Origin: Pseudomonadales bacterium
Lineage (GTDB): Bacteria; Pseudomonadota; Gammaproteobacteria; Pseudomonadales; Azotimanducaceae
DNA: 64,000 bases
Reading direction: 5' to 3'
Assembly: GCA_022448085.1 (NCBI GenBank)
Contig: JAKUTH010000004.1
Coordinates: forward strand, 14,883-78,882
In this document: piece after piece, positions 20,710 through 30,897 of the stretch
Layout: every line of letters starts with the position of its first letter
Position numbering within the stretch: position 1 is the stretch's first letter
Made by a program: the position numbers and the translations under genes
The notes under the pieces: model-generated
Told to the model about the DNA's origin: nothing
Seen by the model: the letters and a program-made list of their open reading frames with translations, nothing else
Databases searched by the model: none

Positions 20710-21066
20710 TCAATGAACGATACGAGGTGCTTCCGACTTGGAAACGTAATTTTCCTCGGGTTCGTTCGCGGTTGCCTCCATGGTCTGCACCGCGAAACGT
20801 CGCGTATTAATTTCTCCGGACACGACTTCCGGAAGTGCATCCATAAAGACCTTCATATGTTCGGTCTGGTAATGCTGCATTAAGGCCTCCATGGTTTCCC
20901 ACTCTTGAAACAGAACCAACGCGTTCGGGTCCTGAAGCCCCACGTAAAAGTCGTAGGAAATGCAGCCTCGTTCCAGCTGAGTCGCATCCGACATTTCACG
21001 CGCTAGTTGCAATGCCCGCTTCCGGCGTTCGGGCACGATTGGAATAACGCCGTGGACTATGATCAT
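20710..21066 (-). CDS. antibiotic biosynthesis monooxygenase (ABM) domain protein
   Basis: 118 aa with a ferredoxin-like ABM pattern (IIVHGVIPI...CISYDFY...LVLFQEWETMEAL..H). Its start overlaps the stop of the upstream ligase gene (ATGA). Confidence 0.75.
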   Translation of the reverse strand: MIIVHGVIPIVPERRKRALQLAREMSDATQLERGCISYDFYVGLQDPNALVLFQEWETMEALMQHYQTEHMKVFMDALPEVVSGEINTRRFAVQTMEATANEPEENYVSKSEAPRIVH

Positions 21067-22967
21067 TCGTTAACCTCCATCACGCCCAAATCCAAAAGCA
21101 CACTAGCTACTTCTTCAAGAATAGCAGGGTCGTCAATAGTTGAAGGTACTTTGTACGGGTCGCCATCAATCATTTGGCGTAGCACCTGCCTTAGAATCTT
21201 TCCTGAACGCGTTTTCGGAAGCCGCGGTACCACACATACCTTCCGGAAATTGGCGAAGGCACCTACATCGCCCCGTACCATCTGAATTAATTCCTCTTCC
21301 AACGTCGATTGTTCGATATTGACTCCGTCCTTTAGCAGCACAAGACCGAGCGGTACTTGTCCCTTGTCCGGGTCGCGAATGCCAACGACCGCACACTCTG
21401 CCACGGCAGGATGATCGGCGACGACTTCTTCCATCTGACCCGTCGATAACCGATGGCCTGCTACGTTCATGACGTCGTCTACTCGTCCCATGATATAGAC
21501 ATATCCATCCTCGTCGCGGTAACCACCATCACCGGTCAAGTAGTAGCCTGGATATCGAGTCCAATACGACTCCACAAATCGGTCGTGATCTCCCCATACC
21601 GTCGGTAAAGATCCAGGCGGCAGTGGTTCCTTGACCACAACGTTTCCATCTTGCCCAGCGGCGACCACTTTTCCATCTTCGTCGAGTATCTTGAGGTCAT
21701 AGCCTGGGACTGGAAACGTTGGCGAGCCGGGTCGTGTTTCAACTAACCCGTAGCCCACCATATTCGAACAAATCGGCCATCCGGTCTCGGTCTGCCACCA
21801 GTGATCAATGACAGGCACCTCTAGCACCTCGTTCAGCCATTGATATGTCGGCGGATCCAAACGTTCTCCAGCGACGAAAAGATATTCCAACGCGGAAAGA
21901 TCGTGGTTACGCATCAGCTCGCAATGGGGATCCTCTTTTCGAATGGCTCGAAATGCGGTCGGGGCAACGAAAAACGTCTTTACCCGATGTTCTGCGAGTA
22001 CTCGCCAAAACGTCCCTGCATCCGGCGTGCGCACTGGCTTACCCTCAAAAAGTAACGTCGTGCACCCTTTGATCAGCGGCCCGTAAACGATATAGGAATG
22101 CCCGACCACCCAGCCGACATCGGAAGCCGCCCAATACACATCCCCTACATCCGTCCCATAGATAGCTGCCATGCTGTAATTTAAGGCTACGGCATGTCCG
22201 CCTTGATCACGTAATACGCCTTTGGGCCTGCCGGTCGTACCCGACGTGTAAAGAATATACAAAGGATCAAGTGCGTCTAAAGCAACCCACGGCGCATATT
22301 TGGCAGCGGCTTCCCATTCTGCCCAGTCGTGTTCACGGCTTCCGATCAGCGGCGCCTCCAGCATCTCGCGCTGTAGGACGACGCAAGCTTCTGGTTTGTG
22401 TTTCGCAATACGTATCGCTTCGTCCAACAAGGGTTTGTACGCGATGACCGACTGGAACTCGATCCCACACGACGCCGATAGAATAACTCGTGGACTCGCG
22501 TCATCGATCCGCATCGCTAGCTCTCGAGCAGCAAAGCCGCCAAACACGACCGAGTGGACGGCCCCAATCCGCGCGCATGCAAGCATTGCGATGACGGCCT
22601 CGGGCACCATGGGCATGTAAATAATGACTCGATCCCCTTGGACCACATCCAGAGCCAACAGTCCCCCAGCAACTTTTGCAACACGTTCCGTAAGTTCACG
22701 GTAGGTGATACGTGCAACCGTATTTGTCACCGGCGAGTCATAAATCAACGCGACCTGGTCACCCCGACCAGCTTCCACGTGACGATCCAAAGCCAACCAC
22801 GCCGTATTCAACTTGCCGCCCCCGAACCATCGAACGACCCCGTTTGCATCCTTTTCCATGATTTTTTCGGGCCAGGCAAACCACTCAATTGCCTTCGCTT
22901 GTTCGGACCAAAATAGTTCCGGTTGCTCCAAAGAACGTCGGTAATCCTGCTCGTAACTCGTTAACAT
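21063..22967 (-). CDS. prpE: propionate--CoA ligase-like acyl-CoA synthetase (ACS/PrpE family)
   Basis: AMP-binding motifs YTSGTTGRPKG, YWAASDVGW and TRSGKILR. The N-terminus MLTSYEQDYRRSLEQPELFWSEQA is ACS/PrpE-like. I chose the ATG at 22967 rather than the track start at 23048, which overlaps the upstream gene. The acetate versus propionate assignment is uncertain. Confidence 0.8.
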   Translation of the reverse strand: MLTSYEQDYRRSLEQPELFWSEQAKAIEWFAWPEKIMEKDANGVVRWFGGGKLNTAWLALDRHVEAGRGDQVALIYDSPVTNTVARITYRELTERVAKVAGGLLALDVVQGDRVIIYMPMVPEAVIAMLACARIGAVHSVVFGGFAARELAMRIDDASPRVILSASCGIEFQSVIAYKPLLDEAIRIAKHKPEACVVLQREMLEAPLIGSREHDWAEWEAAAKYAPWVALDALDPLYILYTSGTTGRPKGVLRDQGGHAVALNYSMAAIYGTDVGDVYWAASDVGWVVGHSYIVYGPLIKGCTTLLFEGKPVRTPDAGTFWRVLAEHRVKTFFVAPTAFRAIRKEDPHCELMRNHDLSALEYLFVAGERLDPPTYQWLNEVLEVPVIDHWWQTETGWPICSNMVGYGLVETRPGSPTFPVPGYDLKILDEDGKVVAAGQDGNVVVKEPLPPGSLPTVWGDHDRFVESYWTRYPGYYLTGDGGYRDEDGYVYIMGRVDDVMNVAGHRLSTGQMEEVVADHPAVAECAVVGIRDPDKGQVPLGLVLLKDGVNIEQSTLEEELIQMVRGDVGAFANFRKVCVVPRLPKTRSGKILRQVLRQMIDGDPYKVPSTIDDPAILEEVASVLLDLGVMEVNE

Positions 22968-23040
22968 CGACCGCGGTATGACTATTTTTGAACGAACGCG
23001 GACAGGGGTTCGTTTTCGACAAACTTCCATCCCGCGAGCA

Positions 23041-24165
23041 TTAACCAATCACTCCTTGCTCACGCAACGCGTCCAACTCATCCTGAGCAAACCCAATGCT
23101 CGAAAGTACCTCTGTGGAGTCTTCTCCTGGAGCTCTTGCTGCGTGCGAGATTTCGGCCGTGGTACGACTAAACCTAGGCGAGGGAGAGGGTTGAACAACT
23201 CCATCCACTTCAATGAACGTACCGCGGTGCACATTGTGAGGATGAGTAGGCGCTTCGAAGACCGATAATACCGGTGCAAAACACACGTCGGTTCCTTCCA
23301 TGATTTCGCACCACTCGCCTCTCGTTTTCGTCTTAAAAACGTCTTCAAGTTCATCCTTAAAGCCCGACCACTGATCCCTATCCATTTGCGGGCCAAAACG
23401 ATTTGCATCGACACCCGCCTTTTCAACCAGTAACTGATAGAACTGCGGCTCGATCGACCCGACACATACGTGTTGCCCGTCTTTGGTTTCGTAAGTGTTG
23501 TAAAAATGGGAACCACCATCCAACAAGTTGGTTCCGCGTTCATCGTCGAAGCCACGCCCCGCCATGGAAAAGAACATGGCCATTAGTGACGCAGCCCCAT
23601 CCACCATCGCTGTGTCCACCACCTGGCCCCTCCCCGACTTTTGTGCCTCCAGCAGAGCGCAGACCAATCCGTACGCAAGCAACATGCCACCGCCACCAAA
23701 ATCCCCGATAAGATTCAAGGGAGGTACAGGCTTCCCCCCCGGCTCGCCGATGGCATGCAGTGCCCCGGACAGCCCGATGTAATTAATGTCGTGACCGGCG
23801 GCCTGAGCAAGAGGTCCATCTTGACCCCATCCTGTCATACGTCCGTACACCAACTTTTCGTTACGCGCCATGCATTCGTCCGGGCCCAATCCAAGCCGTT
23901 CCGTTACACCCGGCCTGAAACCTTCAAAAAGAGCGTCGGCCGATTCAACCAACTTGAGCACAATCTCGATTCCTTCAGGTTTTTTTAAGTCGACGGCCAC
24001 CGACTGGCGATTGCGTTGAAGCACGTCTTTAGGTGCCCCAACACCTTTCGCGATCCGATCCACTCGGATGACTTCTGCCCCCATATCCGACAACATCATG
24101 CCGCAGAACGGCCCCGGGCCTATGCCGGCGAGTTCAATGATGCGAAAACCATTTAGTGGACCCAT
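23041..24165 (-). CDS. CaiB/BaiF family III CoA-transferase (alpha-methylacyl-CoA racemase-like)
   Basis: 374 aa with [32 protein letters not shown], typical of family III. Confidence 0.88.
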   Translation of the reverse strand: MGPLNGFRIIELAGIGPGPFCGMMLSDMGAEVIRVDRIAKGVGAPKDVLQRNRQSVAVDLKKPEGIEIVLKLVESADALFEGFRPGVTERLGLGPDECMARNEKLVYGRMTGWGQDGPLAQAAGHDINYIGLSGALHAIGEPGGKPVPPLNLIGDFGGGGMLLAYGLVCALLEAQKSGRGQVVDTAMVDGAASLMAMFFSMAGRGFDDERGTNLLDGGSHFYNTYETKDGQHVCVGSIEPQFYQLLVEKAGVDANRFGPQMDRDQWSGFKDELEDVFKTKTRGEWCEIMEGTDVCFAPVLSVFEAPTHPHNVHRGTFIEVDGVVQPSPSPRFSRTTAEISHAARAPGEDSTEVLSSIGFAQDELDALREQGVIG

Positions 24166-24250
24166 AACGCTCCTCCCATACCTGCAATCGTTGGAGTGTA
24201 TCCGGGATATCGACGCGAATCAGCTTTCCCTTGTTGGGAGTCCCGCTGGT

Positions 24251-26074
24251 TCAATATCTACGCGTTCGCACCATCGTTTTTTTTGGTCCGTACCGAAGTA
24301 GTGCTACCTCCTGGGCACTGGACAAGTCTTGCACCGACGCAAATTGACGATACAACTTGTTGTTGGCAAGTAGTTCGTCGTGAGATCCCTCGCCAACGAT
24401 CCTTCCACCGTCAAACACAATAATGCGGTCAGCCTGTACGACCGTCGACAGTCGGTGCGCGACAATGACTACGGTCCGTTCGCCATGTTGTCGTGCAATC
24501 GTGCGACGGATCGCCTCCTCACTTCGTCCGTCTAGGGCACTCGTTGCCTCGTCCAATATTAGGAGACGTGGGTCCGCGATAAGTGCACGTGCAATGGCGA
24601 TGCGTTGACGCTCCCCGCCTGAAAGGCCTTGGCCGCTTTCTCCGACGTGGGTGCCAAGTCCTTCTCGAAGGCCAAAAACAAAATCAGCACTTGCGGCTTC
24701 CAATGCCATGTGGACCGCGCGGTCACTTGCGGTGGGATCTCCGTACCGCAGATTTGCTCCGATCGAGCCGCCAAATAAGATGGCGTCCTGGGGTACATAG
24801 GCCATGTTTCTCCGCAGATCATCGAGGCGAAACTGATCAACCGACACCCCTCCAAACGAGATAGAACCTCGGGTAACGTCGTAAAAGCGCTGTGCTAGCT
24901 CTAAAACAGTTGATTTGCCGGCACCCGACGGTCCGACGAGGGCCACCATTTCACCATCTGAAACCTTGAAACTGACGTCAGACAACACGTCCACTTCCGA
25001 GCGCGTCGGGTAAGCAAAGTAAACACCATCAAATTGCAGGGTCCCTTCCGATACTGACCCAGCGCCGCATTCGGGTTCCGCAAGGTCTGAACGCGCGCTG
25101 AGTAATTCAACCAGTCGTTCCGTCGCACCCGCCGCACGCTGCAGTTCGCCGTAGATCTCGCTAATAGCTCCGACGGATGCCGCAACGATTACCGCATAAA
25201 AAATAAACGCCGTTAATTCGCCCGCGGACGTGCGTCCCGTTAACACTTCCTGACCGCCAATCCAAAGCATCACCGCGATAGCTGCCAGCACAAGCACCAT
25301 AACCGTTACGATTAACCAAGCGCGTTGCCGAATCCGAGCAACCGCAACGTTAAACGCCTCATTGACATGTTGGGAAAACCGAGCGATGTCGGCTCGCTGG
25401 TGATTGAACGCGTGCACCAATTTTATGTGTCGCAGTGACTCCCCTGCGTAAACACCCACCTCGGCGAGCGTATCTTGACTTGAGCGGGAAAGGCGGCGCA
25501 CACGCCGGCCAAAGAGAACGATCGGTATCACCACCAAGGGAGCACAGATTAGAACCAGCATCGACAAACGCGCGTTCGTGATGACCAACAGTACGATGCC
25601 ACCTAAAAACATCAGCGCGTTGCGCAAAGCAATGGAGATGGAAGAGCCAATAACCGCCTGCAACAGCGTTGTATCGGTTGTAATACGCGACTGTATTTCA
25701 GAAGGCGCGTTGGTTTCAAAAAAGCCTGGGTGCAGGTGAATAAGATGAGCGTATACCGCGTTTCGAATATCGGCGCTTACGCGTTCGCCGATCCAAGAAA
25801 CAAAGTAGTAACGCACGTAAGTGCCGGCGGCCAAAACCACGATGATGCACGACAGTACACCGATATTCACTTTCAAGAGATTGGGGGAACCCGCCTGAAA
25901 GCCTTGATCAATAATCAACCGCAGGCCTTGACCCACGGCTAAAGTGACGGACGCGGTGAGCATTAACGCGAAAGATGCAGCAACTACCCGCCACCGATAC
26001 GGCATCAAAAAATCGAGTGCCGGCCTTAAACTTTTTAGACTCTGTCCGGCATGCCGTTCCAATTCGTCAACCAT
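24251..26074 (-). CDS. ABCB-type exporter (fused 6-TM permease + ATPase, MsbA-like)
   Basis: Walker A GPSGAGKST, signature LSGGERQRIAIARA and Walker B LILDEATSALD. I chose the ATG at 26074 (MVDELERH...). The track extension to 26260 overlaps the divergent esterase gene's start. Confidence 0.88.
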   Translation of the reverse strand: MVDELERHAGQSLKSLRPALDFLMPYRWRVVAASFALMLTASVTLAVGQGLRLIIDQGFQAGSPNLLKVNIGVLSCIIVVLAAGTYVRYYFVSWIGERVSADIRNAVYAHLIHLHPGFFETNAPSEIQSRITTDTTLLQAVIGSSISIALRNALMFLGGIVLLVITNARLSMLVLICAPLVVIPIVLFGRRVRRLSRSSQDTLAEVGVYAGESLRHIKLVHAFNHQRADIARFSQHVNEAFNVAVARIRQRAWLIVTVMVLVLAAIAVMLWIGGQEVLTGRTSAGELTAFIFYAVIVAASVGAISEIYGELQRAAGATERLVELLSARSDLAEPECGAGSVSEGTLQFDGVYFAYPTRSEVDVLSDVSFKVSDGEMVALVGPSGAGKSTVLELAQRFYDVTRGSISFGGVSVDQFRLDDLRRNMAYVPQDAILFGGSIGANLRYGDPTASDRAVHMALEAASADFVFGLREGLGTHVGESGQGLSGGERQRIAIARALIADPRLLILDEATSALDGRSEEAIRRTIARQHGERTVVIVAHRLSTVVQADRIIVFDGGRIVGEGSHDELLANNKLYRQFASVQDLSSAQEVALLRYGPKKTMVRTRRY

Positions 26075-26173
26075 GAGGACATTATGACGAGAAGAGGAAG
26101 ATCCGTCATAGCCCGTCACATTCCACGAACAAACGGAATTGAAAAAACGACGCGTTCCTGCTGAACTCCCCAC

Positions 26174-26824
26174 ATGACGCTTGAAACTATCGAAATTGAT
26201 CCAGCGGAAACGCCTTCTGGCACCGTCATTTGGCTTCACGGCCTTGGTGCAGACGGTCACGACTTCGAACCCATCGTTCCCGAGTTAAACCTTGATGTTC
26301 CTATCCGTTTCGTCTTCCCCCACGCGCCGAAGCGCCCCGTGACCATCAACGGGGGTATGGAAATGCGGGCTTGGTACGACATTGACCCCGGTTCGCCGCT
26401 TTCGGGAACGGATGAGATTCGCATGTCGGCCGCTGCGGTTCAGGAGCTAGTAGACGCTGAAAATCACAAAGGTATCCCGACCGATCGAATCGTACTCGCG
26501 GGCTTTTCACAGGGCGGGGTCGTTGCCTTGCACTTGGGCTTGCGGGCCGAATATCGATTCGCGGGTTTGATGGCGCTATCCACGTACGTTCACGATCATG
26601 AGAACGTCGGCACCGAAGTCAGTTTCGTGAGCATCGACACCCCCATTTTCATGGCGCATGGAATCGCCGACCCGATGATTCCCATCACTCGCGCGGTCAC
26701 TTCGCGCGACGCGCTGACAGCCCTCAATTACCAGGTCGACTGGCGCGAATACGGGATGGGACATCATGTCTGTCCCGAAGAACTCGTCGACATCAAGGGG
26801 TTTCTGGAGCGCGTACTTTCTTGA
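26174..26824 (+). CDS. carboxylesterase/phospholipase family alpha/beta hydrolase
   Basis: 216 aa with LHGLGADGHDF, the nucleophile elbow GFSQGG, and late Asp/His (HGIADPMI, GMGHHV). Confidence 0.85.
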   Translation: MTLETIEIDPAETPSGTVIWLHGLGADGHDFEPIVPELNLDVPIRFVFPHAPKRPVTINGGMEMRAWYDIDPGSPLSGTDEIRMSAAAVQELVDAENHKGIPTDRIVLAGFSQGGVVALHLGLRAEYRFAGLMALSTYVHDHENVGTEVSFVSIDTPIFMAHGIADPMIPITRAVTSRDALTALNYQVDWREYGMGHHVCPEELVDIKGFLERVLS

Positions 26825-27387
26825 AGCTTGAACCCGCCGTCGCCACCAAGACCGAATGGCTCACGGCGGTCCTCTCCGATTTCGATGCTTTTTTACAAGA
26901 CCATGCATCAGCAGAAAAGAAAGCATCGGGGATGGCTCTCAATATCGCTTCGCATTATCCAGACCAACCCGCCATCTTGAGAGCGATGTGCGATCTGGCT
27001 GTAGAAGAACTAACTCACTACAGGGAAGTCGTGAAACTTCTCATTAGTCGAGGCATACAACCAGGACCGGATCGACGGGATACCTATATTCGTGCGCTCA
27101 ATCAAGAAATCCGTAGCGGATCAAACGCTTTCCTAATCGACCGACTTTTGGTTGGTGCGATCGTCGAATATCGAGGGAACGAACGCTTTACCTTAGTTGC
27201 CCACGCAATTGAGGATCCGAAATTGCGACGTTTTTACCGAAACATCGCGGAAAGTGAAGCGCGTCATTTCGAGTTGTTCTTGAACCTGGCCGACCTCGTC
27301 GGCGGTACGCAAAATCGCTTGGATGCTCTTCTCGAAGCCGAGGCTCGAATACTAACTAATGTGCCGCTGAGAGCCGCGCTCCACTAG
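26821..27387 (+). CDS. miaE: tRNA-(ms2io6A37)-hydroxylase MiaE (ferritin-like diiron)
   Basis: 188 aa with DHASAEKKA...ELTHY...EYRGNERF...SEARHFELF, which are EXXH-type diiron motifs aligning by eye with Pseudomonas MiaE. A TTG start overlaps the esterase stop (TTGA). Confidence 0.8.
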   Translation: MKLEPAVATKTEWLTAVLSDFDAFLQDHASAEKKASGMALNIASHYPDQPAILRAMCDLAVEELTHYREVVKLLISRGIQPGPDRRDTYIRALNQEIRSGSNAFLIDRLLVGAIVEYRGNERFTLVAHAIEDPKLRRFYRNIAESEARHFELFLNLADLVGGTQNRLDALLEAEARILTNVPLRAALH

Positions 27388-27391
27388 CCGA

Positions 27392-28555
27392 TTGAAGCAT
27401 CCTGTTGATCAGTACCTCGAACGCTATGCCGAGCCCGAAGCTAGGGATCGGCAACGGCTAAATAAACGATTTCGACACGTTGTGGTCATCCCCACGTACG
27501 ACGAGCCACTTGAGTTCGCGCGTGAAATGCTCAGCACGCTCGGGCCGGACGTTCTCATGATCGTCGTCGTCAACGTGCCAGATAACATTAACCCGCGAAG
27601 CCCAATGTACCAGCGCTCGCGAAGGCTACTTCAACACCTTAGCGCTCCGAATCTGCTTACCGTAGATCGCGTCAATAAGCCGATCCCGAAAAACCAAGGT
27701 GTCGGCCTCGCGAGGAAAATAGGTGCCGATGCGGCGCTCGGATATATCCGCGATGGCACGATCGACGAACCCTACATCTATTCAGTCGACGCCGATGTAC
27801 AGCTGCCAAATGGATATATCCCTTCGATACCGCGGACTGAAGGCGCGTATCTCTATTCCTACCGTCATGTGTCGACCGATCCGGAGGTACTACGTCGAGC
27901 CGAGCTCTACGAGCTTCACATGCGCCATTACGTCGCGGGCCTTCGCTTGGCAGGCTCGCCCTACGCATTCCACACGCTCGGCAGTACGATCAGCGTTTCT
28001 GCCACAGCCTACGCGCAAGTCCGCGGATTTCCGCGACGAGACGCGGCAGAAGATTTTTATTTCCTGAATAAATTAAGCAAGGTGTCCAAGATCCATCTGC
28101 TCGGATCACCCGAAATCGTAATTAATGCGCGCATGTCGCACCGAGTACCATTCGGGACGGGTCCATCCATAGCATCGATTACGGAGCCGGATGATCGGTA
28201 CCTGAGTTATCACCCGCAGTCGTTCGAGTGCCTCCGAGACGTGATTAATGCAATCTCCACTAAAAACGAGAACTCGCTCGAAGGGCCCTCGGCAACGACC
28301 ATGAAACAGCTAGGCTATTTCGATTTCGTCTCCCGAGACCCAAGCGTTCGGCAACGTCATGAGTGGTTTGATGGCTTCAAAACGCTTCGTTTCATTCATC
28401 TAATGCGCGATGTTTTACCGGACGTTCCGCTCTTACATAGCCTCAGCCATCATCGGCCAAACTTACCCCCCGACCGAACCGATTTGATTAGTACATTACG
28501 TCGCGAGGATCGAAAGCCGAGGATATTAGGCATCCCCGCCACCCAATATCGCTGA
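27392..28555 (+). CDS. GT-A fold (family 2-like) glycosyltransferase, unknown acceptor
   Basis: 387 aa. VVVIPTYDEP resembles the GT2 N-terminal strand, NQGVGLARKIGADAAL...IYSVDADVQLP supplies a DxD, and RGFPRRDAAEDFYFLNKL resembles the GT2 ED motif. The TTG start lies 4 nt after the miaE stop. Confidence 0.55.
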   Translation: MKHPVDQYLERYAEPEARDRQRLNKRFRHVVVIPTYDEPLEFAREMLSTLGPDVLMIVVVNVPDNINPRSPMYQRSRRLLQHLSAPNLLTVDRVNKPIPKNQGVGLARKIGADAALGYIRDGTIDEPYIYSVDADVQLPNGYIPSIPRTEGAYLYSYRHVSTDPEVLRRAELYELHMRHYVAGLRLAGSPYAFHTLGSTISVSATAYAQVRGFPRRDAAEDFYFLNKLSKVSKIHLLGSPEIVINARMSHRVPFGTGPSIASITEPDDRYLSYHPQSFECLRDVINAISTKNENSLEGPSATTMKQLGYFDFVSRDPSVRQRHEWFDGFKTLRFIHLMRDVLPDVPLLHSLSHHRPNLPPDRTDLISTLRREDRKPRILGIPATQYR

Positions 28556-28711
28556 CAACAGAACCTCCCTGAGTTGTTCGTTTTCGTATACCAACTTGTA
28601 TCCGAATGGAATTCCAAGTGTCCGGTGAATGTTGCACCACATTCACTCAAGGGCTCTGAAACGCGCTGTCCCTGGTAGAATGCCCGCTCGCAAAGTTTCC
28701 GAGCAGATATC

Positions 28712-29656
28712 GTGTCAGCGAGCGCTAGGATCTTCATTGATGGCCAAGCAGGCACCACGGGGCTTGAGATTACCGAGCGCCTCACGACCAGGGACGACAT
28801 CGAGCTCTTAAGCATCGATAACGAGCAACGCAAACGACCCGAAACGAGGCGCGAGTGTTTTGAATCGGCTGACGTGGTCGTGCTCTGTCTTCCTGACGAT
28901 GCGGCTCGCGAAGCGACAAAGCTCTCCGAGACAACGCGTTTTATCGACGCGAGCACCGCCCATCGCGTCCACGATAAGTGGGTATATGGGCTTCCTGAAC
29001 TTACTCCGGACCAACGGAATGCCATTCGAGAATCTCGCCTGGTTTCAAATCCAGGCTGTTACGCAACCGGGTTCGTCCTGAGTATCCGGCCACTTGTGGA
29101 CGAAAATATTGTTTCGAAAAACACCTTAATTCGAACCCACGCGCTGTCCGGCTATTCTGGTGGCGGAAGGCAGCTGATCGAGAAGTACTCGCGAGTCGTT
29201 GAAGACGAACAACCCACACGTCCATACGCATTTAATTTAAGCCACAAACACCTCCCCGAAATGCAACGCTACGCCGGGCTAGACTTTGCACCTTTCTTTA
29301 TGCCGAGTGTCGGAAATTTTTTTCAGGGTATGTTGGTACAAACGCCCTTATTTTTGCATGAGCTCAATCGTTCGGTTCAGCCAAAAGATCTGGTTGAGAT
29401 CTACCAAAACCGCTACGCCGATGAACCGTTTGTGAGGGTCATCGAATCGCCCTTTGATAACGAACTTGATGAAGGCTATCTATCACCCACCGCCTGTAAT
29501 GGCAGTAACCGTATTGACTTGATGGTGTTCGGGCGCGATCAACAAATCCTCGTTGTCGCTCGACTAGATAACCTCGGCAAAGGAGCCGCGGGCGCCGCCG
29601 TCCAGAACCTCAATCTCATGTTGGGTCGCGAAGAAAGTTCTGGCATTTCGGAATGA
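28712..29656 (+). CDS. argC: N-acetyl-gamma-glutamyl-phosphate reductase (short, type 2)
   Basis: 314 aa with IFIDGQAGTTGLEI and the active-site NPGCYATG. Confidence 0.9.
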   Translation: MSASARIFIDGQAGTTGLEITERLTTRDDIELLSIDNEQRKRPETRRECFESADVVVLCLPDDAAREATKLSETTRFIDASTAHRVHDKWVYGLPELTPDQRNAIRESRLVSNPGCYATGFVLSIRPLVDENIVSKNTLIRTHALSGYSGGGRQLIEKYSRVVEDEQPTRPYAFNLSHKHLPEMQRYAGLDFAPFFMPSVGNFFQGMLVQTPLFLHELNRSVQPKDLVEIYQNRYADEPFVRVIESPFDNELDEGYLSPTACNGSNRIDLMVFGRDQQILVVARLDNLGKGAAGAAVQNLNLMLGREESSGISE

Positions 29657-30897
29657 ACAAGAATTCAGTTAACGCGCAAACCCTTGGGGCTCTCGAATCA
29701 CGATGGGGCGAACTCCAGCGAAACCCGCTGACATTGGACCTCACCAGGGGAAAGCCGGCTCCTGAACAACTGGCTCTTTCCGATGCTCTCGACGGCATCC
29801 TCAGCGGTGATTACCAGCTCGAGGATGGCACTGATGCGAGAAATTACGGCGGGTTGCGTGGTATTCCAGAAGCTCGTCGACTCGGCGCTCAATTGCTTGG
29901 GACGGATCCCGAAAACATCATTGTATGCGGCAATTCGAGCTTACAAGCGATGCAGCTGGTAATTGATACCGCCATGCGCTACGGGCTTTGCGACGAGCGC
30001 TTCAGTGCGTTGGGTTCGGCCCACGCTGTCGTCCCAGTACCTGGATACGACCGTCATTTCGCGCTGACGGAATCGTTTGATATCGAAATGATCCCGGTAC
30101 CAATGACCACGACCGGTCCAGATATGGACACCTTAGAAGAGACCATCCGTTCGGACAGCCAATGTCGATTTCTTTGGTGCGTACCGAAATATTCCAATCC
30201 CACGGGGTGTATATACGACCCAGCTACGGTCGATCGAATTGCGGCACTCCCGAATAAAGCCCATGGGCCATTGCTAATCCTTTGGGACAACGCATACGCC
30301 GTCCATGACTTCAATTTTCCGAAAGCAGACCTGGCGCCAATACTCACGAGTGCCCGTAAACATGGAACAGACGACAGCATTATCATGTTCGCATCGACGT
30401 CCAAAATCACGTTTGCCGGCGGTGGCATCGCATTTATCGGCGGATCAGAGACAACGTTAAACGCGGTTGAAGCGAGGCTCGCAGTCATGACGATCGGGCC
30501 AGATAAAGTGAATCAGCTACGACATGCCAAATTCTTGAACGGGCGCGTTGACGATCACATGGCTGCTCACGCCCGAATCCTCAAGCCAAAGTTCGAAACG
30601 GTTGAACGCAGTCTACAAACACACCTGGGAAACCGTGACCTTGCTACTTGGACGCGACCCGAAGGTGGTTACTTTGTGACGCTTTCAACCGCCCCCGGTT
30701 TCGCCACCCAAGTCGTTGCCATGGCTGCCACTGCTGGCGTCGTGCTAACGCCGGCTGGGGCAACGTTTCCGTATGGACATGATCCCGAAGACTCTGTGAT
30801 CCGAATCGCACCCACGTTCGCCTCCAATGACGAAATCGAAAAAGCCATAGAAATTCTTGCAGTTTGTCTTGAACTGTCAATGCGTAGGAGTTCTTGA
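29653..30897 (+). CDS. class I aminotransferase, subgroup Ic (Corynebacterium AspB-type aspartate aminotransferase-like)
   Basis: 414 aa. LDLTRGKP, RNYGGLRGIPE, PVPGYDRHF, SNPTG, WDNAYAVH and STSKITFAGGG match my recollection of C. glutamicum AspB. There is an ATGA overlap with argC. Confidence 0.7.
   Translation: MNKNSVNAQTLGALESRWGELQRNPLTLDLTRGKPAPEQLALSDALDGILSGDYQLEDGTDARNYGGLRGIPEARRLGAQLLGTDPENIIVCGNSSLQAMQLVIDTAMRYGLCDERFSALGSAHAVVPVPGYDRHFALTESFDIEMIPVPMTTTGPDMDTLEETIRSDSQCRFLWCVPKYSNPTGCIYDPATVDRIAALPNKAHGPLLILWDNAYAVHDFNFPKADLAPILTSARKHGTDDSIIMFASTSKITFAGGGIAFIGGSETTLNAVEARLAVMTIGPDKVNQLRHAKFLNGRVDDHMAAHARILKPKFETVERSLQTHLGNRDLATWTRPEGGYFVTLSTAPGFATQVVAMAATAGVVLTPAGATFPYGHDPEDSVIRIAPTFASNDEIEKAIEILAVCLELSMRRSS

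Noticed and set aside
28555-28585. Possible rho-independent terminator after the GT2-like gene (ACAAC...GTTGT followed by TTCGTTTTCG), and a TGnTAGAAT extended -10 at 28673..28681 upstream of argC.
   Set aside because: The terminator stem is only 5 bp with a 13-nt loop, and the promoter lacks a convincing -35. Both are too weak to list as features.
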